Positions 38,734 through 49,227 of a DNA stretch of 64,000 nucleotides are shown here, one piece after another. The stretch is from Rhodobacterales bacterium. Lineage in GTDB: Bacteria > Pseudomonadota > Alphaproteobacteria > Rhodobacterales > Rhodobacteraceae. A model generated the notes under the pieces. That model ran no database searches. It was not told where the DNA came from and saw nothing but the letters and a program-made list of their open reading frames with translations. The translations under genes were made by a program, and so were the position numbers. The stretch spans positions 22,938 to 86,937 of the forward strand of contig JBBRKS010000001.1 in assembly GCA_038231775.1 (NCBI GenBank). Reading direction: 5' to 3'. Numbering within the stretch: the first letter of the stretch is position 1; each line of letters starts with the position of its first letter.

Positions 38734-40830
38734 TCAATCCTCAACCAGTTCAGGGAAAACCTCATCCGGGGTCAAGGCGCGGAACGGTGCGCCGCGCTTG
38801 TCCTGAAACCCTTCAAGCACAAGTCTAACCGTTGCCGCATCCGGAATCGAGGGGCGGAACTGCGGCGGGATCAGCGCCAGACCTTTCAGCCAGCCGAACA
38901 GGGCGGCGAAATCCAACTCTCCAATCGAGCGAAAGTCAGAACGGTTCGCCTCCATCGCAACCCAGTCGCGGGCGATGACATCGACAACCGCAAGGTCGAT
39001 GCCGCAGAAGCCCTTGAACTGGCGCACATAATCGGCAGCATTGGCCCGGCTGCGGCGCAGGATCATGGCTACGCGCGCACTGGGGTCCAGGACGAACGCC
39101 GCCAGATGCAGGGCTGACCCGTCCAGCGCAATCACCTGACGGGCGGCTTTATAGCGGGCGATCTGCACCTCCAGCGGGTGGCGTTCGGGGTGAAAGATTT
39201 CGAAACCAAGCCGGGCCAGATTGTCCTCGATCACCGTTTCACACAAAACACCGCCGCGTTGCGGGTTCAGTCTGGCCCGGGAGATGTACAGTTTTTCACT
39301 GCCCTCAGCCGCGATATGACCCAGACGGCCGCGCATAAAGGCGTGAAATGCGGGCGAACCTGCATAGCGATCCTCCCAACCGAACCCCAGTTCGGGAATG
39401 CAAAGCTGTTCAACGCGCAAAGCGCCGGGCATGGCGCGCACCGGGGTTTTTATGCCCAGAAGGCGAAAGAAATGGGCAGGTGCCTCATCCCGGGCAATGG
39501 GTGCAGTATCGCCGCGATAAGGCAGGTACAGGATGGAATCGAACCTGCCCTGAATGTGGTCCAGCGCCCACAGCCGGGCGGTGGATTCCACCAGAAAATG
39601 ACCGAAATGGGCGCGGAAATGACCGGCATACAGGTGGCGTCCGGGCAGGTCGGTGATCGGCTCGTTCGGCGCAAGGCGAGGTTCGGGCATCGGTTTTCCC
39701 GCCCTGATCCAGCCGCGTGACAAGGGCGCGTAGTTGCCTTTGGCGTCCAGCACGCCCGCCGCAAGCTTTTGATCCTGCGGGCGCTCGGGCAGCACCAGCG
39801 CGTTGTGCAGGGTTTGGATATGGCCGGCAAACGGGCCGCTCGCACAGTCGGGCACCGCAACAAGACTGTCGGCGCGCAGGGGTCTTTCACCAAAACGGGC
39901 CACAAGGCGCAGCGCATAGGCCGAGGTCGGATCATCCGCCAGCATCTTCATCGCGGCAGTGCGGATCAAGCCGGTATGGCCGCGCTTTTCCGCCTCTCCC
40001 ATCGCGGCGCGCTGCCAGTTCAGGTCACGGTGTCGGCCTTTCAGGGCGCGGGCAAGCGCCGCCGGATCGTAAGCGCCCTGCACGATCTGATCCAGCAGAA
40101 CCTGCACCGCATTGCCGGTGCGCATCATCCGGATGGCGCGGTGGCCCATGTGGTCCAGATGAAAATGCGTGACATTTGGCCCCTTTATGCGGGCGGCATG
40201 GGCCTTGTCTTCGGGTACGAACGGGTCATAAACCAGCAGGATCTTCGCAGCATGGCGCGGCGCATTGGCGGCATCACGGTGCGGCAGATCGGCCCAATCC
40301 CAAGCTTTTTGCGCATAGCGGTAGCGTTTTTCAAACGGCACGGTGGATTTGGTCAGGGTGGATTGCGGCGAAAACGCCAGCACCTCTGCCCCCGGAACCA
40401 GAACCGACAACGCAAGTGCTGCATACCCGCCCATCGAGGTGCCGGTAAAGATCACCCGCGCAAAGCCGGCAAAGAACCCCGCGCCCCGCAAATCGGTGAT
40501 CCAGCGCGCCGTATCCGGGTTGCGATACCAGTCCTTGCGGTGCGCGATCATCCCAAGAATTGACGCGCCGGTGGCCTTGGTGCGCCCCAAAAGCCACGGC
40601 TGCGCAGGCGTGTATTGCCCGACCGAAGACAAGTTATCGAAGGTGACCACCAGCACATCAGAGGCGCGTTCGAACCACAGATCGACATAGTCGCCCCTGA
40701 CCTGAAAAGCCTGTTGGTGCAGCGCTTTGGTGAGGTCAGAAAAGAGCGGAGGATGTGCGACCGCGACGCGTTGCGGCGTCTCGTCAGGCAGATCATCCGC
40801 CTCAAAATCGGTCAAAAGGTCCTTGGCCAC
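38734..40830 (-). CDS. Alpha/beta-hydrolase-like domain fused to GT61 (DUF563)-like glycosyltransferase
   Basis: N-terminal VVTFDN...GTSMGG; C-terminal HFGHFLVES...KLYISR...QIARY...GSALH. Confidence 0.8.
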   Translation of the reverse strand: MAKDLLTDFEADDLPDETPQRVAVAHPPLFSDLTKALHQQAFQVRGDYVDLWFERASDVLVVTFDNLSSVGQYTPAQPWLLGRTKATGASILGMIAHRKDWYRNPDTARWITDLRGAGFFAGFARVIFTGTSMGGYAALALSVLVPGAEVLAFSPQSTLTKSTVPFEKRYRYAQKAWDWADLPHRDAANAPRHAAKILLVYDPFVPEDKAHAARIKGPNVTHFHLDHMGHRAIRMMRTGNAVQVLLDQIVQGAYDPAALARALKGRHRDLNWQRAAMGEAEKRGHTGLIRTAAMKMLADDPTSAYALRLVARFGERPLRADSLVAVPDCASGPFAGHIQTLHNALVLPERPQDQKLAAGVLDAKGNYAPLSRGWIRAGKPMPEPRLAPNEPITDLPGRHLYAGHFRAHFGHFLVESTARLWALDHIQGRFDSILYLPYRGDTAPIARDEAPAHFFRLLGIKTPVRAMPGALRVEQLCIPELGFGWEDRYAGSPAFHAFMRGRLGHIAAEGSEKLYISRARLNPQRGGVLCETVIEDNLARLGFEIFHPERHPLEVQIARYKAARQVIALDGSALHLAAFVLDPSARVAMILRRSRANAADYVRQFKGFCGIDLAVVDVIARDWVAMEANRSDFRSIGELDFAALFGWLKGLALIPPQFRPSIPDAATVRLVLEGFQDKRGAPFRALTPDEVFPELVED

Positions 40831-41133
40831 CGCCTAGACCCTGAAATGAGACAAAACAACGGGAATTGAACCGCTTGCGGGGGATTTCATCGTGTACTCC
40901 TGCCTCGACTGCCCTGTCATTGAACGCAGGGCCTTGCTCTGAATGAACTATGCCCGCGCACCTGCCACCTGTCACGCCATTTGCGCGCCAAAGGCCTGAA
41001 AGGACGCCTGAATCGCGGTAATTTTGGCGAAACCCGACCGGATCGCAACAAATTGTGCCCCAAAGCGCGTCTTGGCTTGCTGTGGCAAACCCGGCGGGCC
41101 AAGGATTGGCGCGGACAAACGAACAGGACAACC

Positions 41134-43065
41134 ATGACGGATACGGCGCAAACCAAGGTTCTGGCGCAAAAGGGCAAGGGTCAGGGTGGCAAAACGACGC
41201 GGGTGCTGGCGCCGTTTGCGGGCCGTCCGCGTGGGGCGGCTGACCTGTGGGGCAGCGTTGATTTTCCGCTAAAAGCGCATGTCAGTCCGCATGGTCAGGT
41301 CACCGCCGTGTCGATGATGAAGGACGAAGGGCCCTATGTGATTGAATGGGTGGCCCATCATCTGGCGGTGGGTTTTACCGACCTTGTGGTCTATACGAAC
41401 GATTGTTCGGACGGCACCGACGACATGCTGATCAGGCTTGAGGCGCTGGGTCTGGCGCATCACCGGCGCAACGTGATTGCGGAGGGAATTCGCCCGCAAC
41501 CCTCGGCCCTGAACCACGCGCAAGACGAACCTGTGGTCGGTCTGTCCGATTGGGTCATGGTGTTTGATGCGGATGAGTTTCTGTCGATCCGCTACGGCGA
41601 CGGTACGCTGGACGACTTGATCAGTGCGGCCAAGGCGCAAGATGCCAACGGTGTTGTGGTGACCTGGCGCATCTTCGGGTCGGGCGGAGTGGTCGATTGG
41701 TCGCGTGCGCCCGTCACCGAACAGTACCTGATGGCCGCGCCGACGGAATGGAACAAGGGCTGGGGCGTCAAGACTCTGTTCGCCTTTGACCCCGACTATT
41801 GGAAGCTGGGCATTCACCGCCCCAAGATGAAAACCCGTCACATCAAGACCGATTTTCCCGACCGGGTGAAATGGCTGACCGGGTCAGGAAAGGTGATGGA
41901 GGACTATTTCAAGTTTCGCGGATGGCGGTCGATCACCCGGACGGTCGGCTATGACTGGGTGCAACTGAACCATTACGCGGTGAAATCAGTGGACTCTTAC
42001 GCCATCCGCAAACTGCGCGGCAACGTCAACAACAAGAAAGACAAGTACAATTCCGACTATTGGTCGCTGCAGGATCGCAACGAGGTGCGCGATGACACAA
42101 TGCTGCGCTATAGCGCGCGGCGGGGCGAAATCATTGCGCAGTTGCTGGCCGACCCCGACCTGAACCGCCTGCATCACGCTGCCGTCGCACGGGCGGAAGC
42201 GCGGCTGGCAGAGTTGCGGCTGACCGACGATTATCACGCGCTGGTCGCCGACCTTGCCCGCGCCTCTGCCGTGCCGATCAGCCAGATTGTCGCCAAACCG
42301 CCGCAACCGCGCGATAAGGAAAAGATCGCTGCCCTGATGACAGAGGTGGAGAAAAGCCGCAACGCCAAGGCCAAGGAGGACCGCAAGGGCGAGCCCAAAG
42401 CGGTGGTCGAACAGGTGCCGATGGGCGGCTATGTGCCCGGCCTGCCTGATGTTTCCGCCGAAGTCGCGGTGGAATGGGTGGACAATCACGGGCTGCATCT
42501 GCCCTTGGATGGGCGGATTTTTCCAAGCGCTGCGCAGGGCCTGATCCGGTCGGGCAAGTTCGAACGCAGTCTGGCGCGCAAACTCCCGCAGATCCTGGCC
42601 AAGGGGGCCGCCGTGCTGGAAATTGGCTCGGCTGTTGGGTTTTTAGCGCTCAATCTGGCACGCGAACGGCCCGATCTGCGGCTGACCTTGCAGGAAGATA
42701 ATGCCAGCCTGCGCACCGTGATGGCCCGCATCATGGCGCGCAATGGCCGGGTTTTCAGCGACCGGCTGGTGCTGTCTGATCTGCCTTTGACGGTGCCTGC
42801 TGACGCTTTGGTGGCCTTGGTCAGGCAGGCGCAGCCCAAGGTCCTGCTGCTGACCGACCCGCGCCTGTCGCCTCAAATTCTGGCCGAAGCGTTGCCGCAA
42901 CTGTCGCCGCTGCCCGATCACATCATCCTGTACGGCCGTCTGCTCGAGACCTGGCACAAACGGTTGGGTGAGGTCGAAGACCTGTTGACCGCCATGGATT
43001 ACGAGGCGCTGGAACGCTTTGACATTAACGTCGCCCGCGAATTCCGGCTGGCCGATCAGGGTTAG
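41134..43065 (+). CDS. GT2-like glycosyltransferase with C-terminal methyltransferase-like domain
   Basis: MMKDEGPYVIEWVAHH, NDCSDGT, FDADEF, LNHYAVKS; C-terminal VLEIGSAVG. Confidence 0.85.
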   Translation: MTDTAQTKVLAQKGKGQGGKTTRVLAPFAGRPRGAADLWGSVDFPLKAHVSPHGQVTAVSMMKDEGPYVIEWVAHHLAVGFTDLVVYTNDCSDGTDDMLIRLEALGLAHHRRNVIAEGIRPQPSALNHAQDEPVVGLSDWVMVFDADEFLSIRYGDGTLDDLISAAKAQDANGVVVTWRIFGSGGVVDWSRAPVTEQYLMAAPTEWNKGWGVKTLFAFDPDYWKLGIHRPKMKTRHIKTDFPDRVKWLTGSGKVMEDYFKFRGWRSITRTVGYDWVQLNHYAVKSVDSYAIRKLRGNVNNKKDKYNSDYWSLQDRNEVRDDTMLRYSARRGEIIAQLLADPDLNRLHHAAVARAEARLAELRLTDDYHALVADLARASAVPISQIVAKPPQPRDKEKIAALMTEVEKSRNAKAKEDRKGEPKAVVEQVPMGGYVPGLPDVSAEVAVEWVDNHGLHLPLDGRIFPSAAQGLIRSGKFERSLARKLPQILAKGAAVLEIGSAVGFLALNLARERPDLRLTLQEDNASLRTVMARIMARNGRVFSDRLVLSDLPLTVPADALVALVRQAQPKVLLLTDPRLSPQILAEALPQLSPLPDHIILYGRLLETWHKRLGEVEDLLTAMDYEALERFDINVAREFRLADQG

Positions 43066-43952
43066 CCGGCAGCCTGTGGGTCGGGCGGGAAGAAGTAGCT
43101 GTCGACAAAAGCGCGGGTGATCTGTTCCACCACCGGACGGCGGACATGGCGCAAATCGCTTTCCCACGCCGCATCTCCAGAGGCCAGAACCGCCTCATAG
43201 GACGGAAAGTAGGTCACGTTGGGCCGCGATGCCGCCACCTCTGCCAGAACCACACGCAGGGTGGTTTTCGACTGGGTGTTGGCGACCATGATGTCGTTGC
43301 CTGAAAAGGTGCGCTTCAACGGCACAGGTGAAACGGTGACGAAAATTTGCGCATTCGGTTTTTGCGCCGTGATCAGATCAACCGTGCGGGTGATGGCGGC
43401 CAGATTGTCGGCAAAACCGGCGCTGTGATAGTCGGTTTCGTCCTCACCACCGGCCAGACCATAGCCCGGCTTTTGATTGGCCGCCTTGCCAGAAACGCGG
43501 TTGATGAAAATCTCTGTCATCCCGAAGGTGAACACAAAATGATCCGCCGCCGCAAACCCTGCGCGTAAGGCCGCGTCCAGATCGGCACAGACCTGGGCGA
43601 AAATCTCCGGCGTGTTGGCAAAAACCAGCCGTCGGTAGGGGCATTGAAAACGATCGTTCACAGTCCAGAAGTCATCAGGCGCGGGGGACCACAGGCCAAG
43701 GATGCGCTCTATTTCTTGCAGCACGGAATAGGCGTTGTAGGTGTTCATATGGTTGCGGTGCGGCAGTTCATCCAGCTTGGCCGTGGCCGGATCGAACGGA
43801 ACCGCTGCCAGATCGGGGCCGACCTGACCAGCACCTAAAACCTGATCAAGGGCCAGACGAATTTCCTCGGCAAAGCAACTGCCCATCAGGAAAAACCGGT
43901 CCGTCCGGCGCACCAGCGGCGTGGGTACAAAGGTTACTGAACGGTCAGTCAT
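43062..43952 (-). CDS. GSCFA domain protein
   Basis: MGSCFA, FTFGMTE, TVSPVPL, YFPSYE. Confidence 0.92.
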   Translation of the reverse strand: MTDRSVTFVPTPLVRRTDRFFLMGSCFAEEIRLALDQVLGAGQVGPDLAAVPFDPATAKLDELPHRNHMNTYNAYSVLQEIERILGLWSPAPDDFWTVNDRFQCPYRRLVFANTPEIFAQVCADLDAALRAGFAAADHFVFTFGMTEIFINRVSGKAANQKPGYGLAGGEDETDYHSAGFADNLAAITRTVDLITAQKPNAQIFVTVSPVPLKRTFSGNDIMVANTQSKTTLRVVLAEVAASRPNVTYFPSYEAVLASGDAAWESDLRHVRRPVVEQITRAFVDSYFFPPDPQAAG

Positions 43953-44140
43953 AAACCGTTTCCAGCTGTGATTTGCCCTGCGCGCCACCCGTGCCGTCAT
44001 GCTGCCGTTTCCCTGACACTCTTTGCCCGCAATCGCATCAGAAAAGCACGACGATACCGCGCGTACCAGCCCAAAGGCTGGACAGCTGTCATGGCGTTTG
44101 ACATTGTGGCGAAAAATGAAACAATTTCCTGAGGTTCCTG

Positions 44141-44956
44141 ATGAGCACCCAAATTCGCCGCCCCGTCGCCTCGTTGTGGATCGGCGAAAAGCTGCACTAC
44201 CTCAATCAGATGTGCCTGCTCAGCCATGTGCAGCAGGGCCATCCGACGACGCTGTATTGCACGGACGCAGTCTCGAACGTGCCCAAGGGCGTGATCGTCA
44301 AACCCGCGTCAGAGATCATGAGCCTTGACCGCGACATCATCGCGCAAACCTCGGAAAGTTTTCTGTCCAACGTGTTTCGCTACAAGATGATTCAGGCGAC
44401 CGATGCGGTGTGGATCGACTGCGACGCCTTTTGCCACAAGCCCTTTCCGGATGAGATGCAGAACATCTACGCGGGCCACGGCTTTCGCGGCGCGCTGAAT
44501 TGCGGCGTGGTTTACATCCCGAAAGAGGGCGAGCTGATGCACCGCCTGTTGGACTATTACTTCAATCTGCCCGACGCGCCGCCGTGGTTTTCCAAGCAGC
44601 AGCGCAAGAAGATCGAAAAGCAGGATGCCAGCATTCCGCACGCCGTTCGGATTTATAACGCCGAGCGGACGGCCTTTGGCCCGCAGGCTTTCACTTATTT
44701 CGCCCAGCAGACTGGCGATTTCGAAAAGGCGCTGACGCCGGATTATCTGTACCCGGTGCCGTTCCAGTTGAACGACGTGTTCTATGACCCTTACGGCCGT
44801 GTCGAGGGGCATTTCACCGACAATACCCTGTCGGTTCACCTGTACACCAACGGCACCAAACCGTGGTGGCGCAAGAATGTGCCGATGGCGGGTTCTTATG
44901 CCGCGCGGATGTGTGCCCAAGTCGGCATCGACCCCGCCCAAGCGCTGGAGCAATAA
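44141..44956 (+). CDS. Putative glycosyltransferase (GT32-like DxD)
   Basis: SLWIG, SNVFRY, WIDCD, FGPQA, VHLY. Confidence 0.8.
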   Translation: MSTQIRRPVASLWIGEKLHYLNQMCLLSHVQQGHPTTLYCTDAVSNVPKGVIVKPASEIMSLDRDIIAQTSESFLSNVFRYKMIQATDAVWIDCDAFCHKPFPDEMQNIYAGHGFRGALNCGVVYIPKEGELMHRLLDYYFNLPDAPPWFSKQQRKKIEKQDASIPHAVRIYNAERTAFGPQAFTYFAQQTGDFEKALTPDYLYPVPFQLNDVFYDPYGRVEGHFTDNTLSVHLYTNGTKPWWRKNVPMAGSYAARMCAQVGIDPAQALEQ

Positions 44957-44960
44957 CGTA

Positions 44961-44980
44961 AGTCGGGGGTTACCCCGACT
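44961..44980. terminator. Hairpin between convergent genes (terminator/REP-like)
   Basis: AGTCGGGG-GTTA-CCCCGACT. Confidence 0.55.
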
Positions 44981-44993
44981 CTCCCCCGCCCGA

Positions 44994-45449
44994 CTAACCC
45001 TTCTTGAACGGCGCCATCCCTGCGCGGGCCAACTCATCGGCACGTTCGTTTTCCACATGACCTGCGTGGCCCTTGATCCAGCGCCACACGACCTTGTGGC
45101 CCAACCGGGCTGCATCAAGCCTTTGCCACAGATCGACATTCTTGACCGGTGGCCCCCCAGCCGTGCGCCAGCCCCTGCGCTTCCAGTTGTCCATCCATTC
45201 GGTGATGCCGTTTTTGACATAGGCGCTGTCGGTGATGATCGTGATTTCAACCGGCTTGGTCAGCGCCTCCAGGGCCGAGATGGCGGCCAGCAGCTCCATG
45301 CGGTTGTTGGTGGTCAGCGCCTCCCCCCCTGACAGGGTGCGCTCCTTGACGACCTGGCCTGCTTCACGCGCCAGCATCAGCACCCCCCAGCCGCCGGGGC
45401 CGGGATTGCCCGAACAGGCACCGTCGGTGTAGGCGAACAAATCCGGCAT
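44994..45449 (-). CDS. rnhA: Ribonuclease HI
   Basis: [35 protein letters not shown]. Confidence 0.97.
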   Translation of the reverse strand: MPDLFAYTDGACSGNPGPGGWGVLMLAREAGQVVKERTLSGGEALTTNNRMELLAAISALEALTKPVEITIITDSAYVKNGITEWMDNWKRRGWRTAGGPPVKNVDLWQRLDAARLGHKVVWRWIKGHAGHVENERADELARAGMAPFKKG

Positions 45450-45459
45450 CAAGCCTCCA

Positions 45460-45906
45460 CTACAGCAGGGTCGGGATGGCAAGGCACACCAGCGCGCCTG
45501 CCGTCAAAATCAGGCGCAACTGCATCCACCACTCAGGCGCAAGCCCTTGGCGCCAGAACAAAAAGTCCAGAACCAACAGACCCGCAAACCCGGCGGTCAG
45601 CCATTTCGCCGCCGATTCAGGGCCGCCGCCGACAAACAGAAAGGCCCAAAGTGCTGGCAGCACCGACAGCCCATAACCCAACGCCGCAACGGATGCGCTG
45701 GCCCGCGTCGCAAAGCCCCACAGCACGCCCGACATGAAGGCCAAAATCACGATGCCATAGGAAAGTGAGACATAGGGGCCGACGAACCGCGGGCCAAGCG
45801 ACCTTGTGCCCCAGTCGGCCAAGGCCGGGTATAGCTGGGTTAACGCGCCCCAAACGAACGGGATCAGCCCGGCAAGGCCAAGGATCAGCGCTGATCTTGG
45901 GATCAT
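45460..45906 (-). CDS. DUF3429 family membrane protein
   Basis: [25 protein letters not shown]. Confidence 0.88.
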   Translation of the reverse strand: MIPRSALILGLAGLIPFVWGALTQLYPALADWGTRSLGPRFVGPYVSLSYGIVILAFMSGVLWGFATRASASVAALGYGLSVLPALWAFLFVGGGPESAAKWLTAGFAGLLVLDFLFWRQGLAPEWWMQLRLILTAGALVCLAIPTLL

Positions 45907-46850
45907 GCCGGTTCCCGCAAAAGGCGCGGCACCTTGAATTCGACGGCCTCTTGCGCGGTTTCCACCAGTTCAACCGTCACGGCATACCGCGCACGAAATG
46001 CGTCAATCACCTCGTTCACCAGTTCCTCGGGCGCAGACGCCCCTGCGGTCACACCCACCGACCTGATGCCATCCAATGCCCGCCAGTCGATATCGCCCGC
46101 CCGTTGGACCAGTTGCGCATAGGCACAGCCCGCAGCCTTGCCAACCTCAACCAACCGCATCGAGTTTGACGAGTTCGGCGCACCGATCACCAAAAGCGCG
46201 TCGATCCGGCCTGCAATCGCCTTGACCGCCGCCTGACGGTTGGTGGTGGCATAACAGATATCTTCCTTGTGCGGCCCGATGATGCCGGGAAACCGAGCCT
46301 GAAGGGCGGCGACAATCCCGGCGGTGTCATCGACCGAAAGTGTGGTCTGGGTGATGTAGGCCAGCTTGGCCGGGTCGCGCACCTGAAGGGTGGCGACATC
46401 GTCGGCGGTTTCGACCAACAGCACCTCACCCATCGGCAACTGGCCCATGGTGCCGACGGTTTCGGGGTGGCCGTTGTGCCCGATCATCACCATTTGCAGG
46501 CCGTTTTCCGAATGGCGCGCCGCCTCGTTGTGCACCTTGGTCACCAAAGGGCAGGTCGCATCGACGGCGATCATCTGGCGCGCACTTGCCGCCTCTGGCA
46601 CCGATTTCGGAACACCGTGGGCCGAGAAAATGACCGGTCGGTCGGCGGGGCAGTCGTCAAGCTCTTCGACAAAGACCGCACCCTTGGCGCGCAACCCGTC
46701 CACGACATATTTGTTGTGCACGATTTCGTGGCGGACATAGACCGGCGCGCCCCATTTCAGCAGGGCCAGTTCAACGATCTTGATCGCCCGGTCGACACCG
46801 GCGCAAAAGCCGCGCGGGGCGGCAAGGTACAAGGTCAAAGCAGGTTTCAT
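45903..46850 (-). CDS. ispH: HMBPP reductase
   Basis: [28 protein letters not shown]. Confidence 0.97.
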   Translation of the reverse strand: MKPALTLYLAAPRGFCAGVDRAIKIVELALLKWGAPVYVRHEIVHNKYVVDGLRAKGAVFVEELDDCPADRPVIFSAHGVPKSVPEAASARQMIAVDATCPLVTKVHNEAARHSENGLQMVMIGHNGHPETVGTMGQLPMGEVLLVETADDVATLQVRDPAKLAYITQTTLSVDDTAGIVAALQARFPGIIGPHKEDICYATTNRQAAVKAIAGRIDALLVIGAPNSSNSMRLVEVGKAAGCAYAQLVQRAGDIDWRALDGIRSVGVTAGASAPEELVNEVIDAFRARYAVTVELVETAQEAVEFKVPRLLREPA

Positions 46851-46872
46851 CGGCCTCTCCATCGCCCCAGAC

Positions 46873-47478
46873 CTAGCCGTCTGCGCCTGCATCGTCCAGA
46901 GGCGCGTCAAAGTAATAGGGGCCACGCGACAGTTGCGTGATGTAGGCAGCGATCTCTTCAGCCTCATCCGCATCGGCAAAGGCGTGGCGCGGCACGACGA
47001 TGGTGGTGGTGTGGCTGCGGATGAACAGATGGGTGCGGGTCAGAATAACTTCGCCGATCAGTTCGGGCGACAGGTACGCCTCGTCACGACTGTCGATTTC
47101 AGTGCCCGCGATACAGTCGATCCACTCCTCCAGCACGCCGGGCCTAGGGATTGGGACCAGACGGCTGGCCTTAAAGCGCCGCCAGACATCGCGTCCAGCG
47201 TACAGCATCGCAAACGCAAGCAGGTCTGTCGCAAGCAGGGTCAGACCGCCCCATCGGTCCAATTCGGCGAACAGTCCACTGGCAAGGCAGGCCAGCCCCA
47301 GCCCGATCTTGGCCCGCCGAGACAACCCGCGCCGCAACCGCAGCACGGCCACCGCATCCTTTGCCGTCAGAACAAAGTCCCAGCGCCGCAGCAATCCGCC
47401 GTCGAAATCCCGCGTCACAGGATATGACAAAGCCGAGGCAGTTTCCCGCCCCGGCCCAGCCAAAGTGTCAGATGTCAC
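46873..47478 (-). CDS. Hypothetical membrane protein, YcxB-like C-terminus
   Basis: Two TM segments then HLFI...IVVPRHAF; ATGA-type overlap with the NYN gene. Confidence 0.65.
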   Translation of the reverse strand: MTSDTLAGPGRETASALSYPVTRDFDGGLLRRWDFVLTAKDAVAVLRLRRGLSRRAKIGLGLACLASGLFAELDRWGGLTLLATDLLAFAMLYAGRDVWRRFKASRLVPIPRPGVLEEWIDCIAGTEIDSRDEAYLSPELIGEVILTRTHLFIRSHTTTIVVPRHAFADADEAEEIAAYITQLSRGPYYFDAPLDDAGADG

Positions 47479-48050
47479 TTGGCTTCTATGCTGATGTCTT
47501 CACGCTCCATCGGGCGCGGTTCGCGGGGCGGGCGACCGATCACTTCGCGCAACTCGTCTAGTTCGATGAAGTTGTCGGCCTGACGGCGCAGTTCGTCGGC
47601 AATCATCGGCGGCTGGCTGCGGATGGTCGACACGACCGACACGCGCACACCCTGACGTTGCAGGCTTTCAACCAGCGGGCGGAAATCGCCGTCGCCGGAA
47701 AACAGCACGACATGATCGACACGCGGCGCAAGTTCCATCGCATCGACCGTCAGTTCGATGTCCATGTTGCCCTTGACCTTACGGCGGCCCTGACTGTCGG
47801 TGTATTCCTTGGCAGGCTTTGTCACCATGGTGAAGCCGTTGTAGTTCAGCCAATCGACCAGCGGGCGAATCGGTGAATATTCGTCGTTTTCCAGCAAGGC
47901 TGTGTAGTAAAAGGCCCGCAACAGGCGGCCACGGCGCATGAATTCCTGACGCAGCAATTTGTAATCAATGTCAAAACCCAGCGCTTTTGCAGCCGCGTAA
48001 AGGTTGGAGCCGTCGATAAACAGGGCAAGACGTTCATCTTTGTAAAACAT
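47475..48050 (-). CDS. NYN/LabA domain protein
   Basis: FIDGSNL, KGNMDIEL, FSGDGDF. Confidence 0.93.
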   Translation of the reverse strand: MFYKDERLALFIDGSNLYAAAKALGFDIDYKLLRQEFMRRGRLLRAFYYTALLENDEYSPIRPLVDWLNYNGFTMVTKPAKEYTDSQGRRKVKGNMDIELTVDAMELAPRVDHVVLFSGDGDFRPLVESLQRQGVRVSVVSTIRSQPPMIADELRRQADNFIELDELREVIGRPPREPRPMEREDISIEAK

Positions 48051-48185
48051 CGGGTTTCCTTTCAATTCCGTCGCCCGGCTATTGACCCGGACGATATCAG
48101 CAATGCCTATGGCTCTGTGCCATGCTGATGGCGTATCAGCGCGGCCACGGGCGAACAAGGGTGGCTATACGGAAGTGTATAATTT

Positions 48186-48755
48186 ATGACAGCCGGAAAT
48201 TCCGTTGCCCTGATTGCACTTGGCGGAAATCAGTCGCTGGGTGGGAAGGAACCCGCCGAGGTGCTGGGGGATGCGCTTGCAGCCTTGGCAACCGCCGGTT
48301 TAGCCCCCGCAGCGGTCAGCCGCCTTTACCGCACGCCGTGCTTTCCGGCGGGTGCCGGGCCCGATTATGTCAATGCCGCTGCCTTGGTGCACACCGGGTT
48401 GACGGCGCATCAGGTGCTGGCGGTGCTGCATGATGTCGAAGCGCAGTTTGGCCGCGAACGGCGCCGCCGTTGGGCTGCCCGCACGCTGGACCTTGACCTG
48501 ATCGCCTATGACAGCGCGGTTTTGCCCGACCTTGCAACCTGGACCGAATGGGCCGACCTTGCGGCCGAATTGCAGGGCCGTTCAGCACCCGGTCAGTTGA
48601 TTCTGCCCCATCCGCGCCTGCAGGACCGGTCCTTTGTGCTGGTGCCTTTGGCCGATATTGCCCCGGAGTGGCGCCACCCTGTGCTGGGCAAGACCGTCGC
48701 CCAGATGGTTTTGGCCCTGCCTCAAACCGAAATTGATGTGGTTCGCCCGGTCTGA
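48186..48755 (+). CDS. folK: HPPK
   Basis: ALGGN, YVNAA, RTLDLDL, LPHPRLQDRSFVL. Confidence 0.96.
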   Translation: MTAGNSVALIALGGNQSLGGKEPAEVLGDALAALATAGLAPAAVSRLYRTPCFPAGAGPDYVNAAALVHTGLTAHQVLAVLHDVEAQFGRERRRRWAARTLDLDLIAYDSAVLPDLATWTEWADLAAELQGRSAPGQLILPHPRLQDRSFVLVPLADIAPEWRHPVLGKTVAQMVLALPQTEIDVVRPV

Positions 48756-48780
48756 CTGGCCAAAGCTTCGCATTTGGCGC

Positions 48781-48809
48781 TTGTCAAGACTTTTTCACAA
48801 GACTATCTA
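48781..48809 (+). promoter_or_regulatory. Putative sigma70 promoter for rpoZ-spoT
   Basis: TTGTCA-N17-TATCTA. Confidence 0.55.
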
Positions 48810-48843
48810 GGTCCTTCCCGAGCCCCCAAGAGTTGGAGCATCC

Positions 48844-49197
48844 ATGGCCCGCGTGACGGTAGAAGATTGCGTTGACAAGGTTCCGAACCGGTTCGAACTG
48901 GTGATGCTGGCCGCCCATCGGGCGCGTGAGATCCAGTCCGGCTCTCCGGTTACGGTCGACCGTGACAATGACAAAAACCCGGTCGTCGCCCTGCGCGAGA
49001 TCGCGGACGAAACGCAGATCGCCTCGGTTCTGCGCGAACGGATGATCGAAAGCTATCAGACCCAGATTGAGGTTGACGAGCCGGAAGACGATCAGATGGC
49101 GCTTTTGATGTCGGGTGAGATTGACCGCCCGATGCAGGACGACATGTCCGAAGAAAAGCTGCTGCGCGCGCTGATGGAAGCGCAAGGCGACAACTGA
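48844..49197 (+). CDS. rpoZ: RNA polymerase omega subunit
   Basis: MARVTVEDC...NRFELV...[11 protein letters not shown]. Confidence 0.98.
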   Translation: MARVTVEDCVDKVPNRFELVMLAAHRAREIQSGSPVTVDRDNDKNPVVALREIADETQIASVLRERMIESYQTQIEVDEPEDDQMALLMSGEIDRPMQDDMSEEKLLRALMEAQGDN

Positions 49198-49227
49198 TCC
49201 TGTCGGATCGCACAAGGCGGGACGAGG

